A stretch of DNA of 64,000 nucleotides from Deinococcales bacterium (GTDB taxonomy: Bacteria; Deinococcota; Deinococci; Deinococcales; JAAFIG01). This document shows, one piece after another, positions 9,408 through 19,244 of the stretch (the stretch's first letter is position 1; each line of letters opens with the position of its first letter). Made by a program: the position numbers and the translations under genes. The DNA lies in NCBI GenBank assembly GCA_031414595.1, contig JANNVX010000018.1:64001-128000 (forward strand), written 5' to 3'. The notes under the pieces are model-generated. The model did not search any database. It saw nothing but the letters and a program-made list of their open reading frames with translations, and was not told where the DNA came from.

Positions 9408-10434
9408 ACGTGAGTTCGGGTTAAGCCATCGTCAATTCTGTCGGCATGAACTGCAAACTTGGTTTTTTCTCTTGATGACAATAAGCAATTAAGCCACAAA
9501 TGAGGTTCGCTAAGAAATTCATTGGACTACGATGCCTTGAATGCTCAATTTGACTAATGTTTTTACACTGGTCAATAATCGTTTCAACAATACTTCGTTT
9601 ACGAAGAAATAATGCGTCTTCATTTGGCATTGGTTGCTCACATTTCATATTCTTTTTCAATCGAGTAATCAATTGAATACCATGCTCTTCAATCAATTTC
9701 TGAAATAATGCTTTAGAAATATAACCTTTATCACCAAAAATCTTATGAAAGATATTCGAGAATGGATTCTCGATCATTTCCAGTAATCCTTTTCGGTCAT
9801 CAAGATTACCTGCACTCAAGTCAAGCCAGATAATCTCACCAGCATCATTGAATAATAAGTGCAACTTAAATCCGAAGAACCAACCCACACTGGTTTTACC
9901 ACGAGCCGCTAGACCAGCAAAGACTTTGTGGTTATGAATTCGACGATTGTGACAAACACTGAGTTTGGTACTATCCACAAAACTGATTCCCGAACAACGT
10001 CCTAAATGAGCAAATAGATAGGCTGATAAAGGCAATACTGAACGAGGTATCCACTCAACGAAACGATTATAACTTGGTAAAGTTGGGAACTCGCTTCTTA
10101 GGTAAACACAAACGTGTCGAGTGTAAAACCATTTGAAATCACGATAGCGTTGCTGATGGAATAAAATTAGGATAGTCATGATTTCGCTACCTGTCATACT
10201 TAAAGCCCGTTCTCGAGTACCAGTGGTGCTTGGTAAGGCGTTTTTAGGGTGGGTTTTGATGAATTCTTGGTTGAAATCATCGACTTCGCAGAATAATTCG
10301 AGTAAAGTCATACTGTCCTCCTTGTTGTTTTGTTGCAATTACAGCGTACAGGAGGACGCTTCTTATGTTGATTTATTCTATGAGAACAGAATGCAGTGGT
10401 GTTTTCTGTTAATACCTTTAACCCGAACTCACGT
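9408..10434 (-). mobile_element. Complete IS982-family insertion sequence
   Basis: Perfect 17-bp IRs ACGTGAGTTCGGGTTAA (9408-9424) and TTAACCCGAACTCACGT (10418-10434), 7-bp direct repeat TAATTTA at 9401-9407 and 10435-10441, and a single transposase. Confidence 0.93.
9421..10311 (-). CDS. IS982-family DDE transposase
   Basis: PSYNRFV, FVDSTKLSVCHNRRI, GWFFGFKLHL, FGDKGYIS, RKRSIVETI and IEHSRHRS. SD AAGGAGG precedes ATG 10311. Confidence 0.95.
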   Translation of the reverse strand: MTLLELFCEVDDFNQEFIKTHPKNALPSTTGTRERALSMTGSEIMTILILFHQQRYRDFKWFYTRHVCVYLRSEFPTLPSYNRFVEWIPRSVLPLSAYLFAHLGRCSGISFVDSTKLSVCHNRRIHNHKVFAGLAARGKTSVGWFFGFKLHLLFNDAGEIIWLDLSAGNLDDRKGLLEMIENPFSNIFHKIFGDKGYISKALFQKLIEEHGIQLITRLKKNMKCEQPMPNEDALFLRKRSIVETIIDQCKNISQIEHSRHRSPMNFLANLICGLIAYCHQEKKPSLQFMPTELTMA

Positions 10435-10438
10435 TAAT

Positions 10439-13400
10439 TTAATTCTGGTCTGCCAGTTCTTGCCACCCAATGTCAAATAAAATAGTCTTGGCTCGTCCGG
10501 GGTTGTTAATGCGATGAATAAATGGTTTTGAACCTTCTAAAATTTCCACAACGTATAACCAATAATTCTTGGTCTTGCGTTCTCTAATTGCTGTTCTAAA
10601 TTCATTTGCACTCAGACTCACAAATGCCCGTTCTTTCCAAGTGCCTCTTATTGCTTTTAATTCAATCAAACGTTTTTCTCCGCCGCCTTCAGAATAAATA
10701 TCGTACCCATCCCAAGTTTCCCGACAATCCGTAGCCTTTCTTTTTTGCGAAAGCTCAAAATCTACAACTGCATCAAAACCGATTTGTTCAGTCTCTTTGT
10801 TGGTGATGTAACGCTGCATCCCGTCTTCACTAGGTCTTGTATCGCTCGATGCTCGTACTTTAGTTCTGTCACTTACAGGTCGGCGCTTAGAACTTCTTTT
10901 TGACTGTGGTTTTGATTGAGGCTGCGATGATGAATTTGGCGGGGGTGTTTTTGGCATTCTGCGGGCTGTTTGATTTGGTTCTTGTGACTTAGAACTTGCC
11001 GAGCTTCGGTTTTGACTTTGGGTATTGTTAATCTGTGGAATTGGCAGTTCGGGCGGGAATGGCTGAGGTGGTGGTTTTGTCTCGACACTTTGCGAAAAGG
11101 AGGATACTTTTCCTGCATCTTGAGTAGCCGAAGGTTCTGGTTTTTCGTCTTGCGAATTGTCTATGGGGAAGTCATCTTCATTTATATCTTTATCTTCGGA
11201 ATTTTCGCCCTGTAAATCATCTACAGAATCGGTGTCTAAATCTTCAACTTCTGGTTCTTGAGAGACTGTGGCTGGAATACCTTCATTTTGCTCTGATTCT
11301 TTAAGTACAAAAAATTCAGCTTCTTCAAGTTCGGAATCTGTAATACTTTCATTAAAAACTCGGACAAACCAATTTCTATTATGTGGTTCGATGTCAAATA
11401 TGTGACACAAAATTTCATGTATTTCTATGTCTTCATTGGTCAAAAATAATTCATTTATTTTTTCATCAAAAAAGTATTTTACACGGCTTATTTCTCGCTT
11501 GTATTCGTTGCCATAGTTCACTTCCCATCTCACTTTAATCTCTGAGACCATACTAGCTTTTAATCTTTGATATATTTTTTTATACTCTAGTAGTTTAGTT
11601 AGTTTATTTAGTATCCGAAATGCAATTTTTTCTTTTTCAATTAATTTTTCTTTGAGTTTTTCATGTACAACCAATTTTTCTTGATTATCAGTTGGAATTC
11701 TTATGACTGTTAGTACATCAGTAAGTTTTTTAATTCCTAATTTTTCATATAAAGTTGGAAATTCTGATGTTTCAAGTAACCTTAACTGCGATTTATCAAT
11801 CTCAAGATGATCGGCTTTTACTTTACTTAAGTCATCAATAATGACTTCTTCTGGCAACCACCAACAGTTTGGTTCATTTTTGAACTTGTGATAAATTATC
11901 TTTGCGCTTCTTAGGGTAGCGAGAACATCAAGAACTTTCGAGTCTAAACTCGGTTCTGCCAAAATGTGGTTTAATTTTCCTAAACAATAATCATAAACAG
12001 TCCTATCTTCTGTTGTAAATTTTTTACTCTGAGCAATTTCAAGAACCACATCTCGGTAATCTTGATAGCCAGGTGGGTTTTTGATGCCCAACATTTCAAT
12101 TAAACGCTTTAGTTCTTTATGTTGCGGTCTTAATTGATGACGTTTTTCTCCAAGGTTGTGATTATCTAAAAAACTCTGGTTCGCAGTAAAACCATCAAAA
12201 AGTGGCATCAGTTTCAATTCTGATACAACATTACCCAAGTCTCCTTCTGAAAATCGATTTAAGCGCTGAAGAAATTTCAACTGCAATTTTTCATCTCTAA
12301 TTATTTTTTTGATATGGTCAACAAAATATCTAATCTTAATCTCCGCAAAACGCAGACGGCTAAAAATAGCTTTGGGAATCTCAAAATCTGTAAACGAATA
12401 TCCGCTTGGAGTACCATACTCCATAAAAACTTTCTCGGTCATACAAAATAGGTTTTTAGGTGCAAACCACTGATTATGGTTTTCATCTGGTAGCCACGGA
12501 AAATCAAATATTTTCCAGAAATCAGGATTTTTCACTTCTTCCCGTTTTTCGAGGAATTCGAGAATTTTAATCCGTTTTTCTCGAGTTTTTGTACTTATTG
12601 GAGTGGCTAATTGGCTTTTCAATTGGTCAGCCACATCTTGTACTGTTGGTGATTTTCGCACCCCTAATTTTTCTAGGAGACTGCAAGCTACTTGGTCAAA
12701 ATCTGAATGGATTTTTGTGTATTCTGAGCCGAATAAATCATTCATGACTTCATTTGGAAACCAAACTTCATTGGGTTTTCTCCAGTTTTCATCGGTGCAA
12801 AACACTATTTCAACTGATTTCCAGGCTTCCATTTTTACTGAATCTATATGTTTTGACAAATGTGTAAAAATGTGGCGCTTCTCGGTTTTATCAGATAAGG
12901 ACTTAAAATAATTCAAAAGTTGGTCATTAAAATAAATATCTGGCTTTAGCGGTTTGATCTGGATTGTTTCAAGCCAAGTGGTGTACTTTTTGGCAAATTC
13001 TTTCTGAAGTAAAACTTTTACCTCAAATGGGTCATCAAATTCTTCACCAATAACAACTTCATTATGTTTATGGAAGTTTCCAAACGCGTCAGGGAAAATA
13101 CATAGCTCTTTAAGCATGAGAAACTCTGGTATCTTGGGGTCAATCCTACAGCTTAACCTAGAAATTAAGTTATCTAATCTCCAATTATCCTTGTATTTAA
13201 TTTCAAAATCTTTAATATCTTGCGAACTTGATTTGGCAATTCTTTCTAATGTCTTATCTAATCTTATTCTGCAATGTGTCTCAATATATTTCTTTAGTCT
13301 TTCTGGAAGCAAACTGTACCACTCTAGGTTAATAATTTCGTCCAACCTGAACCAAGGATAGTAAGCTGCTTGGCTGTCTGCATCAAGATAAAACAAATTG

Positions 13401-14932
13401 CTTATTTTTGTACAAGTTCCATTCTGAGAAATGCAAAAATGGAGTTCTGACAAAGTTTTACAACTGTTTTCATCAATATCGTTTTCAAATAGCTTTAGTG
13501 TTTCTAAAAAAGGCTTAATAGAATCAAAAGTAACATAATGCTCTCTTTTTTCGGTCAATATAGATTTGAGGGCATCAAGGTAATGATTCAACCTAAATTT
13601 CACGACGTTAAAAGACGTTAAAATTGTTTTGTATTCCTCGAGAGAGGGGTGAGGAAAATGCCAATCTTGTTGCTCTCTGATGGCGTGCTTAACAACATCG
13701 GAAATTTTATCGTTAAACGTAAAAACCTTGCTGGAATTTTCCCATTTTTCGGATTCGGTATAAATCCAATTTCCTTGCGAACTAATCTCTTTACATTTTT
13801 CCCAGTATTGAAGCACAAATTTTTTTAAGTATCTTTCGGATTTGGTATCTGCATCCTTAACTCGAGAAAAAAATATATACACTGATAAATGGCTCGAATT
13901 ATTTTTCAGATACTCGAGCATTGGTAGAATTAACCCCTGAATATCTTTTAATACACAGGAATTCCACTCTTCGTTGTTAGTCCCTGATTTCATTTCCAAT
14001 CTTTTCCGACTTAGCTCAGGATAAAATCCAGCATTGATATGAAATGGTAAACCTGTTGCTTCATCTGTTGGCAAAAAAACAAAAATCTTTCCTTCAAAAT
14101 GATCCATTTTTCTTGGCATGACAACAGATATATTGGTATCGCGCCCTAGTTCTTTATCTTGTTTCAGTTCTTCCGCCTGAAGCCATGCTTGAGAATTAGC
14201 AGAAATAGGCTGGATACCATAAAAATACTCTTCTGCTGTTCCTGGCTGCTCAACAATGGTGACATTTTTTTCATGAACCGTCTTCTGAATGCGAATTTGT
14301 TCTACCGAATTTCTGTATAAAATAAAGGTGGTCAAATGGCGTAAAAAGAAAATGACATGGGGCATTATTTCTTTTGCGGTGTCAAAATAGCTTTGGATGT
14401 CGGATTTTTCAATCTTTTGAAGCCCCAATCCCTTTCGGGTTTCAGAATATTCAAATGCCCAAGGCAATTCAAAAGTGGTTAAAAATCGTTGTGTAACTGG
14501 ATTTTCGATTGGATAACTTCTTCCTTGATTTTCTCCTTCTACTTTTGGAACCAATTCCCATTTCTCTTGTCTGGAATGAACAAAGGCTGTGTCGCAAAAT
14601 TGATAAACAGATACGAACCCAATACCAAATTTTCCAATGGCAGTGGAGTCTTCTCTTTTATAGCCACTGGCAATTTCTCGAATTTTTTTAAGATGTGTTG
14701 CTTGCATTTCCACATTATTTCCAACGACGATTTTATCGTCTTGAACATCGAAATGAAATTTTGTAGCATAATTTGCAGCGTCATCCTCAGTATCCTTGGC
14801 ATCATCAGCATTTTGGAGCAACTCGTGCAGCATTGCATCAAAACCGCTCATTCCCGATGATAGACTTATGCTAATCAAGTTAAGAGTATTAGCGCCATAT
14901 TCTTCGGACTTACCACGTTTTTCATTGCTCAT
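10439..14932 (-). CDS. Large sacsin-like GHKL ATPase with C-terminal DUF3883 (NOV-C) PD-(D/E)xK-like domain
   Basis: N-terminal ELLQNADDA, IGKFGIGFVSVY, FVFLPT..TGLPFHINAGF; acidic and Pro/Ser-rich linker; C-terminal GYDIYS..LIELKA..LSANE..YWLYVV. The DNA is AT-rich. Confidence 0.85.
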   Translation of the reverse strand: MSNEKRGKSEEYGANTLNLISISLSSGMSGFDAMLHELLQNADDAKDTEDDAANYATKFHFDVQDDKIVVGNNVEMQATHLKKIREIASGYKREDSTAIGKFGIGFVSVYQFCDTAFVHSRQEKWELVPKVEGENQGRSYPIENPVTQRFLTTFELPWAFEYSETRKGLGLQKIEKSDIQSYFDTAKEIMPHVIFFLRHLTTFILYRNSVEQIRIQKTVHEKNVTIVEQPGTAEEYFYGIQPISANSQAWLQAEELKQDKELGRDTNISVVMPRKMDHFEGKIFVFLPTDEATGLPFHINAGFYPELSRKRLEMKSGTNNEEWNSCVLKDIQGLILPMLEYLKNNSSHLSVYIFFSRVKDADTKSERYLKKFVLQYWEKCKEISSQGNWIYTESEKWENSSKVFTFNDKISDVVKHAIREQQDWHFPHPSLEEYKTILTSFNVVKFRLNHYLDALKSILTEKREHYVTFDSIKPFLETLKLFENDIDENSCKTLSELHFCISQNGTCTKISNLFYLDADSQAAYYPWFRLDEIINLEWYSLLPERLKKYIETHCRIRLDKTLERIAKSSSQDIKDFEIKYKDNWRLDNLISRLSCRIDPKIPEFLMLKELCIFPDAFGNFHKHNEVVIGEEFDDPFEVKVLLQKEFAKKYTTWLETIQIKPLKPDIYFNDQLLNYFKSLSDKTEKRHIFTHLSKHIDSVKMEAWKSVEIVFCTDENWRKPNEVWFPNEVMNDLFGSEYTKIHSDFDQVACSLLEKLGVRKSPTVQDVADQLKSQLATPISTKTREKRIKILEFLEKREEVKNPDFWKIFDFPWLPDENHNQWFAPKNLFCMTEKVFMEYGTPSGYSFTDFEIPKAIFSRLRFAEIKIRYFVDHIKKIIRDEKLQLKFLQRLNRFSEGDLGNVVSELKLMPLFDGFTANQSFLDNHNLGEKRHQLRPQHKELKRLIEMLGIKNPPGYQDYRDVVLEIAQSKKFTTEDRTVYDYCLGKLNHILAEPSLDSKVLDVLATLRSAKIIYHKFKNEPNCWWLPEEVIIDDLSKVKADHLEIDKSQLRLLETSEFPTLYEKLGIKKLTDVLTVIRIPTDNQEKLVVHEKLKEKLIEKEKIAFRILNKLTKLLEYKKIYQRLKASMVSEIKVRWEVNYGNEYKREISRVKYFFDEKINELFLTNEDIEIHEILCHIFDIEPHNRNWFVRVFNESITDSELEEAEFFVLKESEQNEGIPATVSQEPEVEDLDTDSVDDLQGENSEDKDINEDDFPIDNSQDEKPEPSATQDAGKVSSFSQSVETKPPPQPFPPELPIPQINNTQSQNRSSASSKSQEPNQTARRMPKTPPPNSSSQPQSKPQSKRSSKRRPVSDRTKVRASSDTRPSEDGMQRYITNKETEQIGFDAVVDFELSQKRKATDCRETWDGYDIYSEGGGEKRLIELKAIRGTWKERAFVSLSANEFRTAIRERKTKNYWLYVVEILEGSKPFIHRINNPGRAKTILFDIGWQELADQN

Positions 14933-15058
14933 TGTCAAAGCCTCTTTGCTACAGAATTAAAACTCGATATGGCAGACAGCATAGCATCCAAAAACAAAAA
15001 TGCGCCCAAGCCATAAGCTCGAGCAACCCGATTTTCTACGTTGCTGTATACTCCACGC

Positions 15059-15301
15059 ATGGTTGCTTACCCACCAGAACTCGAGGATTTACCGGAATTA
15101 TTTAGCTTAGACGATTCTTCTGTGCATTTGGCTTCATTGGCTGCCATCTCGAGACTCCAAGCCAAGGGCATTGATATTTTTTATTTTGACGAAGATTTAG
15201 CTGTGCATATCCTAGAGAAACCTTCTGGACAACGTTTCGAGATTCGCTACACTGGCGAACCTAAAGCTGCTTTTGAAATTATCCGTGCCTTAGATGCTTA
15301 A
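15059..15301 (+). CDS. Small acidic protein, putative antitoxin/partner of the Zeta-like ATPase
   Basis: TATACT lies 6 nt before ATG 15059, and the stop overlaps the start of the next gene. Confidence 0.6.
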   Translation: MVAYPPELEDLPELFSLDDSSVHLASLAAISRLQAKGIDIFYFDEDLAVHILEKPSGQRFEIRYTGEPKAAFEIIRALDA

Positions 15302-15896
15302 AGCACCACGCTTAATTATTTTTGGCAGGGCAAACGGCTCAGGCAAAAGCACCCTAACAAGTTTCTACAAACGAAAACTCATTACCTCGAGTGTGCTTCT
15401 TGACCCTGATGCCATTGCTCGAGAATTAAACCCAAATGAACCTGCCAAAGCTGCGATTCAAGCCGCTCGATACGTTTTGCAGCAGCAGCAAATCTTCTTA
15501 AACTCTGGTCAGAGTTTTGTTTTAGAAACAACTTTATCCAGTCAAGGGAATCTTGAGTTGATTCAGGCAGCTAAAACCCGTGGCTGGCTGGTTCGGTTGT
15601 TGTATGTTGGCTTAACTGACCCAATGATAAATGTTCAAAGGGTTGCAAGCCGAGTGCTTGATGGCGGTCATGATGTTCCTGAAACTGATATTCGGCGGCG
15701 ATTCGAGCGTTCAATGAAAAATTTGTCGGTTGCGGCTGAATTGGTGGATTTACTGAGCATTCACGATAATTCTGGTCGTTCCATGCGTCGGGTGGCTTTA
15801 ATCAAGCAACAACGGATTTTGCGGTTAGAAACAAAAAATAGTGTTACATGGTGGGAAATTGCACTGTCTCCATATTTGAAAAAGCTCGAGTCTTGA
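15294..15896 (+). CDS. Zeta-toxin-like / COG4185 P-loop kinase
   Basis: ANGSGKSTL, DPDAIA, SFVLETTLS, RVASRVLDGGHDVP..IRRRF and HDNS. Confidence 0.85.
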   Translation: MLKAPRLIIFGRANGSGKSTLTSFYKRKLITSSVLLDPDAIARELNPNEPAKAAIQAARYVLQQQQIFLNSGQSFVLETTLSSQGNLELIQAAKTRGWLVRLLYVGLTDPMINVQRVASRVLDGGHDVPETDIRRRFERSMKNLSVAAELVDLLSIHDNSGRSMRRVALIKQQRILRLETKNSVTWWEIALSPYLKKLES

Positions 15897-15963
15897 ATTG
15901 AACCCAAATCCTGAGAGCATCTTCTCGAGTACAATAGTGCGCCCTCTCGAGTACAATAAAAGC

Positions 15964-18894
15964 GTGATTGGTTCTCAAATCCTGCATTACCAAATCACCC
16001 GTCAACTTGGCGAAGGTGGCATGGGCATTGTTTACCAAGCCTTTGACACGTGGTTAGAACGCACTGTCGCCCTAAAATTCCTGCATCAGTCAAAACGCTT
16101 AAGTTTAGCGGCACTGCGTGGTTTTGCCAGAGAAGCCAAAATTGCCGCCCAACTCGACCACCCAAACATTGGTACAGTCTTTGCTTTAGAGCGCAGCCAA
16201 GATGATGTTTTTTTAGCAATGGCGTATTACCCCGGACTTGGACTCGATGCTCGGCTTGAACAGGGTACAATACCCATACCAGAAGTGATGCAGTACGCCC
16301 TTGAAATTGCCAAGGGACTCGAACATGCCCATTTGCATGGCGTGGTTCACCGCGATATTAAACCCAGCAATATATTTTTAGCCCAAACCCAAAGTGGCTC
16401 GAGTTGTAAAATCCTTGATTTTGGCTTATCTAAATTAGGTGAACGCAGCACTGTCCAGAGCATCAATATGGTCGGAACACCTGCTTATATGTCGCCAGAA
16501 CAATTGGACGGCAAAGCCTCGAGTAAGTCTGACCTTTGGGCTTGGGGAGCAGTGGTTTACGAGATGCTGTCTGGGGTGTCACCATTTAAGCGTGAATCCA
16601 TGATTGAAACATTTCAGGCACTCTTGTTAGAAGAACCTGTTCCCTTGCAAACTCGAGTGCCAGAAGCACCCGAAGTGCTGCTAAATTTAGTGCAGCAGTG
16701 TTTACAAAAAAATCCCGATGAGCGCCCCCTCGATGCTCGAGAATTGGTACGCAGTTTGAGTCAACCAAGTTTAAGTACAAATCGAAGTTCGATACTGTTA
16801 CTGCCTGTGCCAGCGACTGCTTTTATTGGGCGCGAGAACGAATTAGGCGAGTTGTCTGAGCGTTTTCAAAATACCCGACTTGTGACAATCACGGCGGCTG
16901 GCGGTATGGGCAAAACCCGTTTAGCCCTCGAGTACGCTCGGATTCATCAGTCCGATTATGCGGGTCATGCCTACTTTATTGATTTAGCCAAAATCACCGA
17001 TGCAAATTTGGTGGCGGGTCTGATTCTCGAGACGGTGCTTGGGCGGGCATCTGAAGACCCTAAGCAGCGTTTATTCCAAGAACTAAGAGATAAAGTGTGT
17101 TTGTTGGTGCTTGATAATTTTGAACACTTGATGTCAGCTTCAACCTTTGTGGCAGAGTTACTTGGTCAAACCAATCAAGTGCATCTGCTGATTACTTCCA
17201 GACAAACCCTTGGGTTAAAAGCCGAAACGGTTTTTGGACTGACGGGTTTAAGCACACCCACCGAGATTGACTTTACTTCTAACCACGCCGTCATACTTTT
17301 TACTCGAGTGGCTCAACGTTTTGATGCTAATTTTAATTTACAGTTTGAAGATTTTGAGCTTTTCAATCAGATTTTTATGGCGGTGGGTGGAATGCCTTTG
17401 GGTTTAGAACTGGCAGCCTCTTGGTTACGCAGCCTGAGCCTAAAAGAAATCCTACAAGAACTGCAAAACAACACCGATTTTCTAAAAAGCCAAGATGACC
17501 ATGTGTCTGAGCGTCACCGCAGTATCTCGGCGGTGTTTGCCTCGAGTTGGGATTTATTAAGCGCAGTAGAACAAAATGCCTTGGCACAACTGACGATTTT
17601 TCAAGGTGGTTTTGACCGCGACTTGGCTCGGGTTGTCTGTCAGGTGGATATGGTGGTGTTACAACGTTTGGTCAGTAAATCCTTACTTTACAAATCTGAA
17701 CAGCACTTTCGTTTTCATGAAATGATTCGTCAGCAAGCAGCGAACCGATTAAGCAGAGTAGAACAGCCGCGTTTACTCGAGAATTTAGTGAACGAATGTT
17801 TAAGTATCGCCAAAAATTGGTTTAACAAACGCCAAAGCGGACAGCAGCACCAAAGTGTTTTTGAGCGTTTGACCCAACTGACCGATAATTTTCGTTTGGC
17901 TTTAGAATACAGTTTAGAACATCAAAAAAGTAAATGCCTCGAAATCTTTTTGCTCTTGGGGCATTACTGGTCTATTCGAGGTTACTTTAAGGAAGCCCTG
18001 TACTGGCGTGAACAATTGCGTCAAACCATGAATTTCACAGCCCTAGAAAACTTATCAGTCGAAACACTTCATATCCGTTGGTTGGATCGCACAGGCAAGT
18101 ACCGTGAAGGTTTAGAAATTGGTAAAACCTGTTTAGAACAAGCCATAAAACTCAATGTTGCGACCCACCAAGCCCAACTGCATTTACACCTAGGTCAAAT
18201 TTTACTAAACTTAAACCAATTGGAACAATCTAAACAACATCTTCAACAAGCGGTGCGTTTTTTTCGCTATCAAAATCAGACTTTTAGCAGCATTGAAGCG
18301 ATTAATTCGCTCGGTGTGATTCATAATTTACTTGGCAACCTCAAAAAAGCCCGCTCGAGTTACCAAGAAACGATTCGGATTTGTCTATCATTTGGTGAGG
18401 AACGGATTGCACATCTTGCAGCAATCAATATTGCCACCGTAGATTTGGTCGAAAGCAACACGATTATCCACCTAGAACTTTTTACCAAGGCACTCGAGTA
18501 CGTCAAAAAAATAAAAGATTTGGTCAATCTTTCCGAAAGTTATTCACTGCTTGGCTATTATAAAATCACAATTCAAAATTTTAAGGAAGCCAAACAGTGT
18601 TTTCTCGAGGCGCTGCATATCTCGAGTTCCTATCAAAACGAAGTCGAATGTAGTGTCCATCTGCTTTTTCTGGGTTTTATTGCTGGGCTGGAAAATAATG
18701 CAGAACAAGCCCAGCCTTTACTCGAGGCTTCAAATCGGCTCAATCCAAATTTTGCCAATGGCTATTATTCTTTTGAATTATTCGCTAAACGGATTAGTAA
18801 CGATCCTCGAGTCAGTCAGCTTTGGGAGCAAGCTAAAACGCAAACCATCAGCCCGATGACTTTGGAGTTGGCAGTCGGGCTTGCCTTTGAGTAA
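15964..18894 (+). CDS. Ser/Thr kinase - STAND (NB-ARC-like) NTPase - TPR protein, copy 1
   Basis: Kinase motifs GEGGMG, HRDIKPSN, DFG, GTPAYMSPE; NTPase motifs GGMGKTRLA, LLVLDNFEH, GMPLGLELAA, FHEMIRQ; helical TPR-like C-terminus. GTG start lies 6-7 nt after TACAAT. Confidence 0.92.
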   Translation: MIGSQILHYQITRQLGEGGMGIVYQAFDTWLERTVALKFLHQSKRLSLAALRGFAREAKIAAQLDHPNIGTVFALERSQDDVFLAMAYYPGLGLDARLEQGTIPIPEVMQYALEIAKGLEHAHLHGVVHRDIKPSNIFLAQTQSGSSCKILDFGLSKLGERSTVQSINMVGTPAYMSPEQLDGKASSKSDLWAWGAVVYEMLSGVSPFKRESMIETFQALLLEEPVPLQTRVPEAPEVLLNLVQQCLQKNPDERPLDARELVRSLSQPSLSTNRSSILLLPVPATAFIGRENELGELSERFQNTRLVTITAAGGMGKTRLALEYARIHQSDYAGHAYFIDLAKITDANLVAGLILETVLGRASEDPKQRLFQELRDKVCLLVLDNFEHLMSASTFVAELLGQTNQVHLLITSRQTLGLKAETVFGLTGLSTPTEIDFTSNHAVILFTRVAQRFDANFNLQFEDFELFNQIFMAVGGMPLGLELAASWLRSLSLKEILQELQNNTDFLKSQDDHVSERHRSISAVFASSWDLLSAVEQNALAQLTIFQGGFDRDLARVVCQVDMVVLQRLVSKSLLYKSEQHFRFHEMIRQQAANRLSRVEQPRLLENLVNECLSIAKNWFNKRQSGQQHQSVFERLTQLTDNFRLALEYSLEHQKSKCLEIFLLLGHYWSIRGYFKEALYWREQLRQTMNFTALENLSVETLHIRWLDRTGKYREGLEIGKTCLEQAIKLNVATHQAQLHLHLGQILLNLNQLEQSKQHLQQAVRFFRYQNQTFSSIEAINSLGVIHNLLGNLKKARSSYQETIRICLSFGEERIAHLAAINIATVDLVESNTIIHLELFTKALEYVKKIKDLVNLSESYSLLGYYKITIQNFKEAKQCFLEALHISSSYQNEVECSVHLLFLGFIAGLENNAEQAQPLLEASNRLNPNFANGYYSFELFAKRISNDPRVSQLWEQAKTQTISPMTLELAVGLAFE

Positions 18895-19007
18895 CATATG
18901 GATAGAATAGCGAATGTAGGGGTTATCTATTCGCATCAGTTTGACAAAATTTACAGTACAGGACAACAAAACCTAATCCTCAAATTGTATTGCCCATATC
19001 GCGTTCC

Positions 19008-19244
19008 AACCCTCACCCAACTCGCTTAGGCTCGTTACCCTCATCCCGCTAAACAGCGCGGGAGAGGGTTGTTCGGTTTGTTTTGCCGCTTTATATTTGA
19101 GACTTGAAAACCAAAAAATACTGTTTCAAACAAGTTTTTTGAGGCAGACAAAAGTCAAATCCCAAATCCCAAACCCCAAACCCTCCCCAAGCGAAGCGTG
19201 GTTTGGGGGAGGGTGGCGAGCTTCAAGCGAGTCGGGAGAGGGGC
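19008..19244. repeat. Inverted pair of CCCTC..GGGAGAGGG REP-like palindromes with an AAA(T/C)CCC heptamer array
   Basis: 19008-19070 and 19181-19244 are related in opposite orientation (ccctcacccaactcgcttaggctcgttaccctc versus rc ccctctcccgactcgcttgaagctcgccaccctc). Four 7-mers lie at 19157-19184. Confidence 0.7.

Noticed and set aside
10435-10441. IS982 truncating the sacsin-like gene
   Set aside because: The DUF3883-like domain appears complete and its stop codon lies in the target duplication outside the IS.
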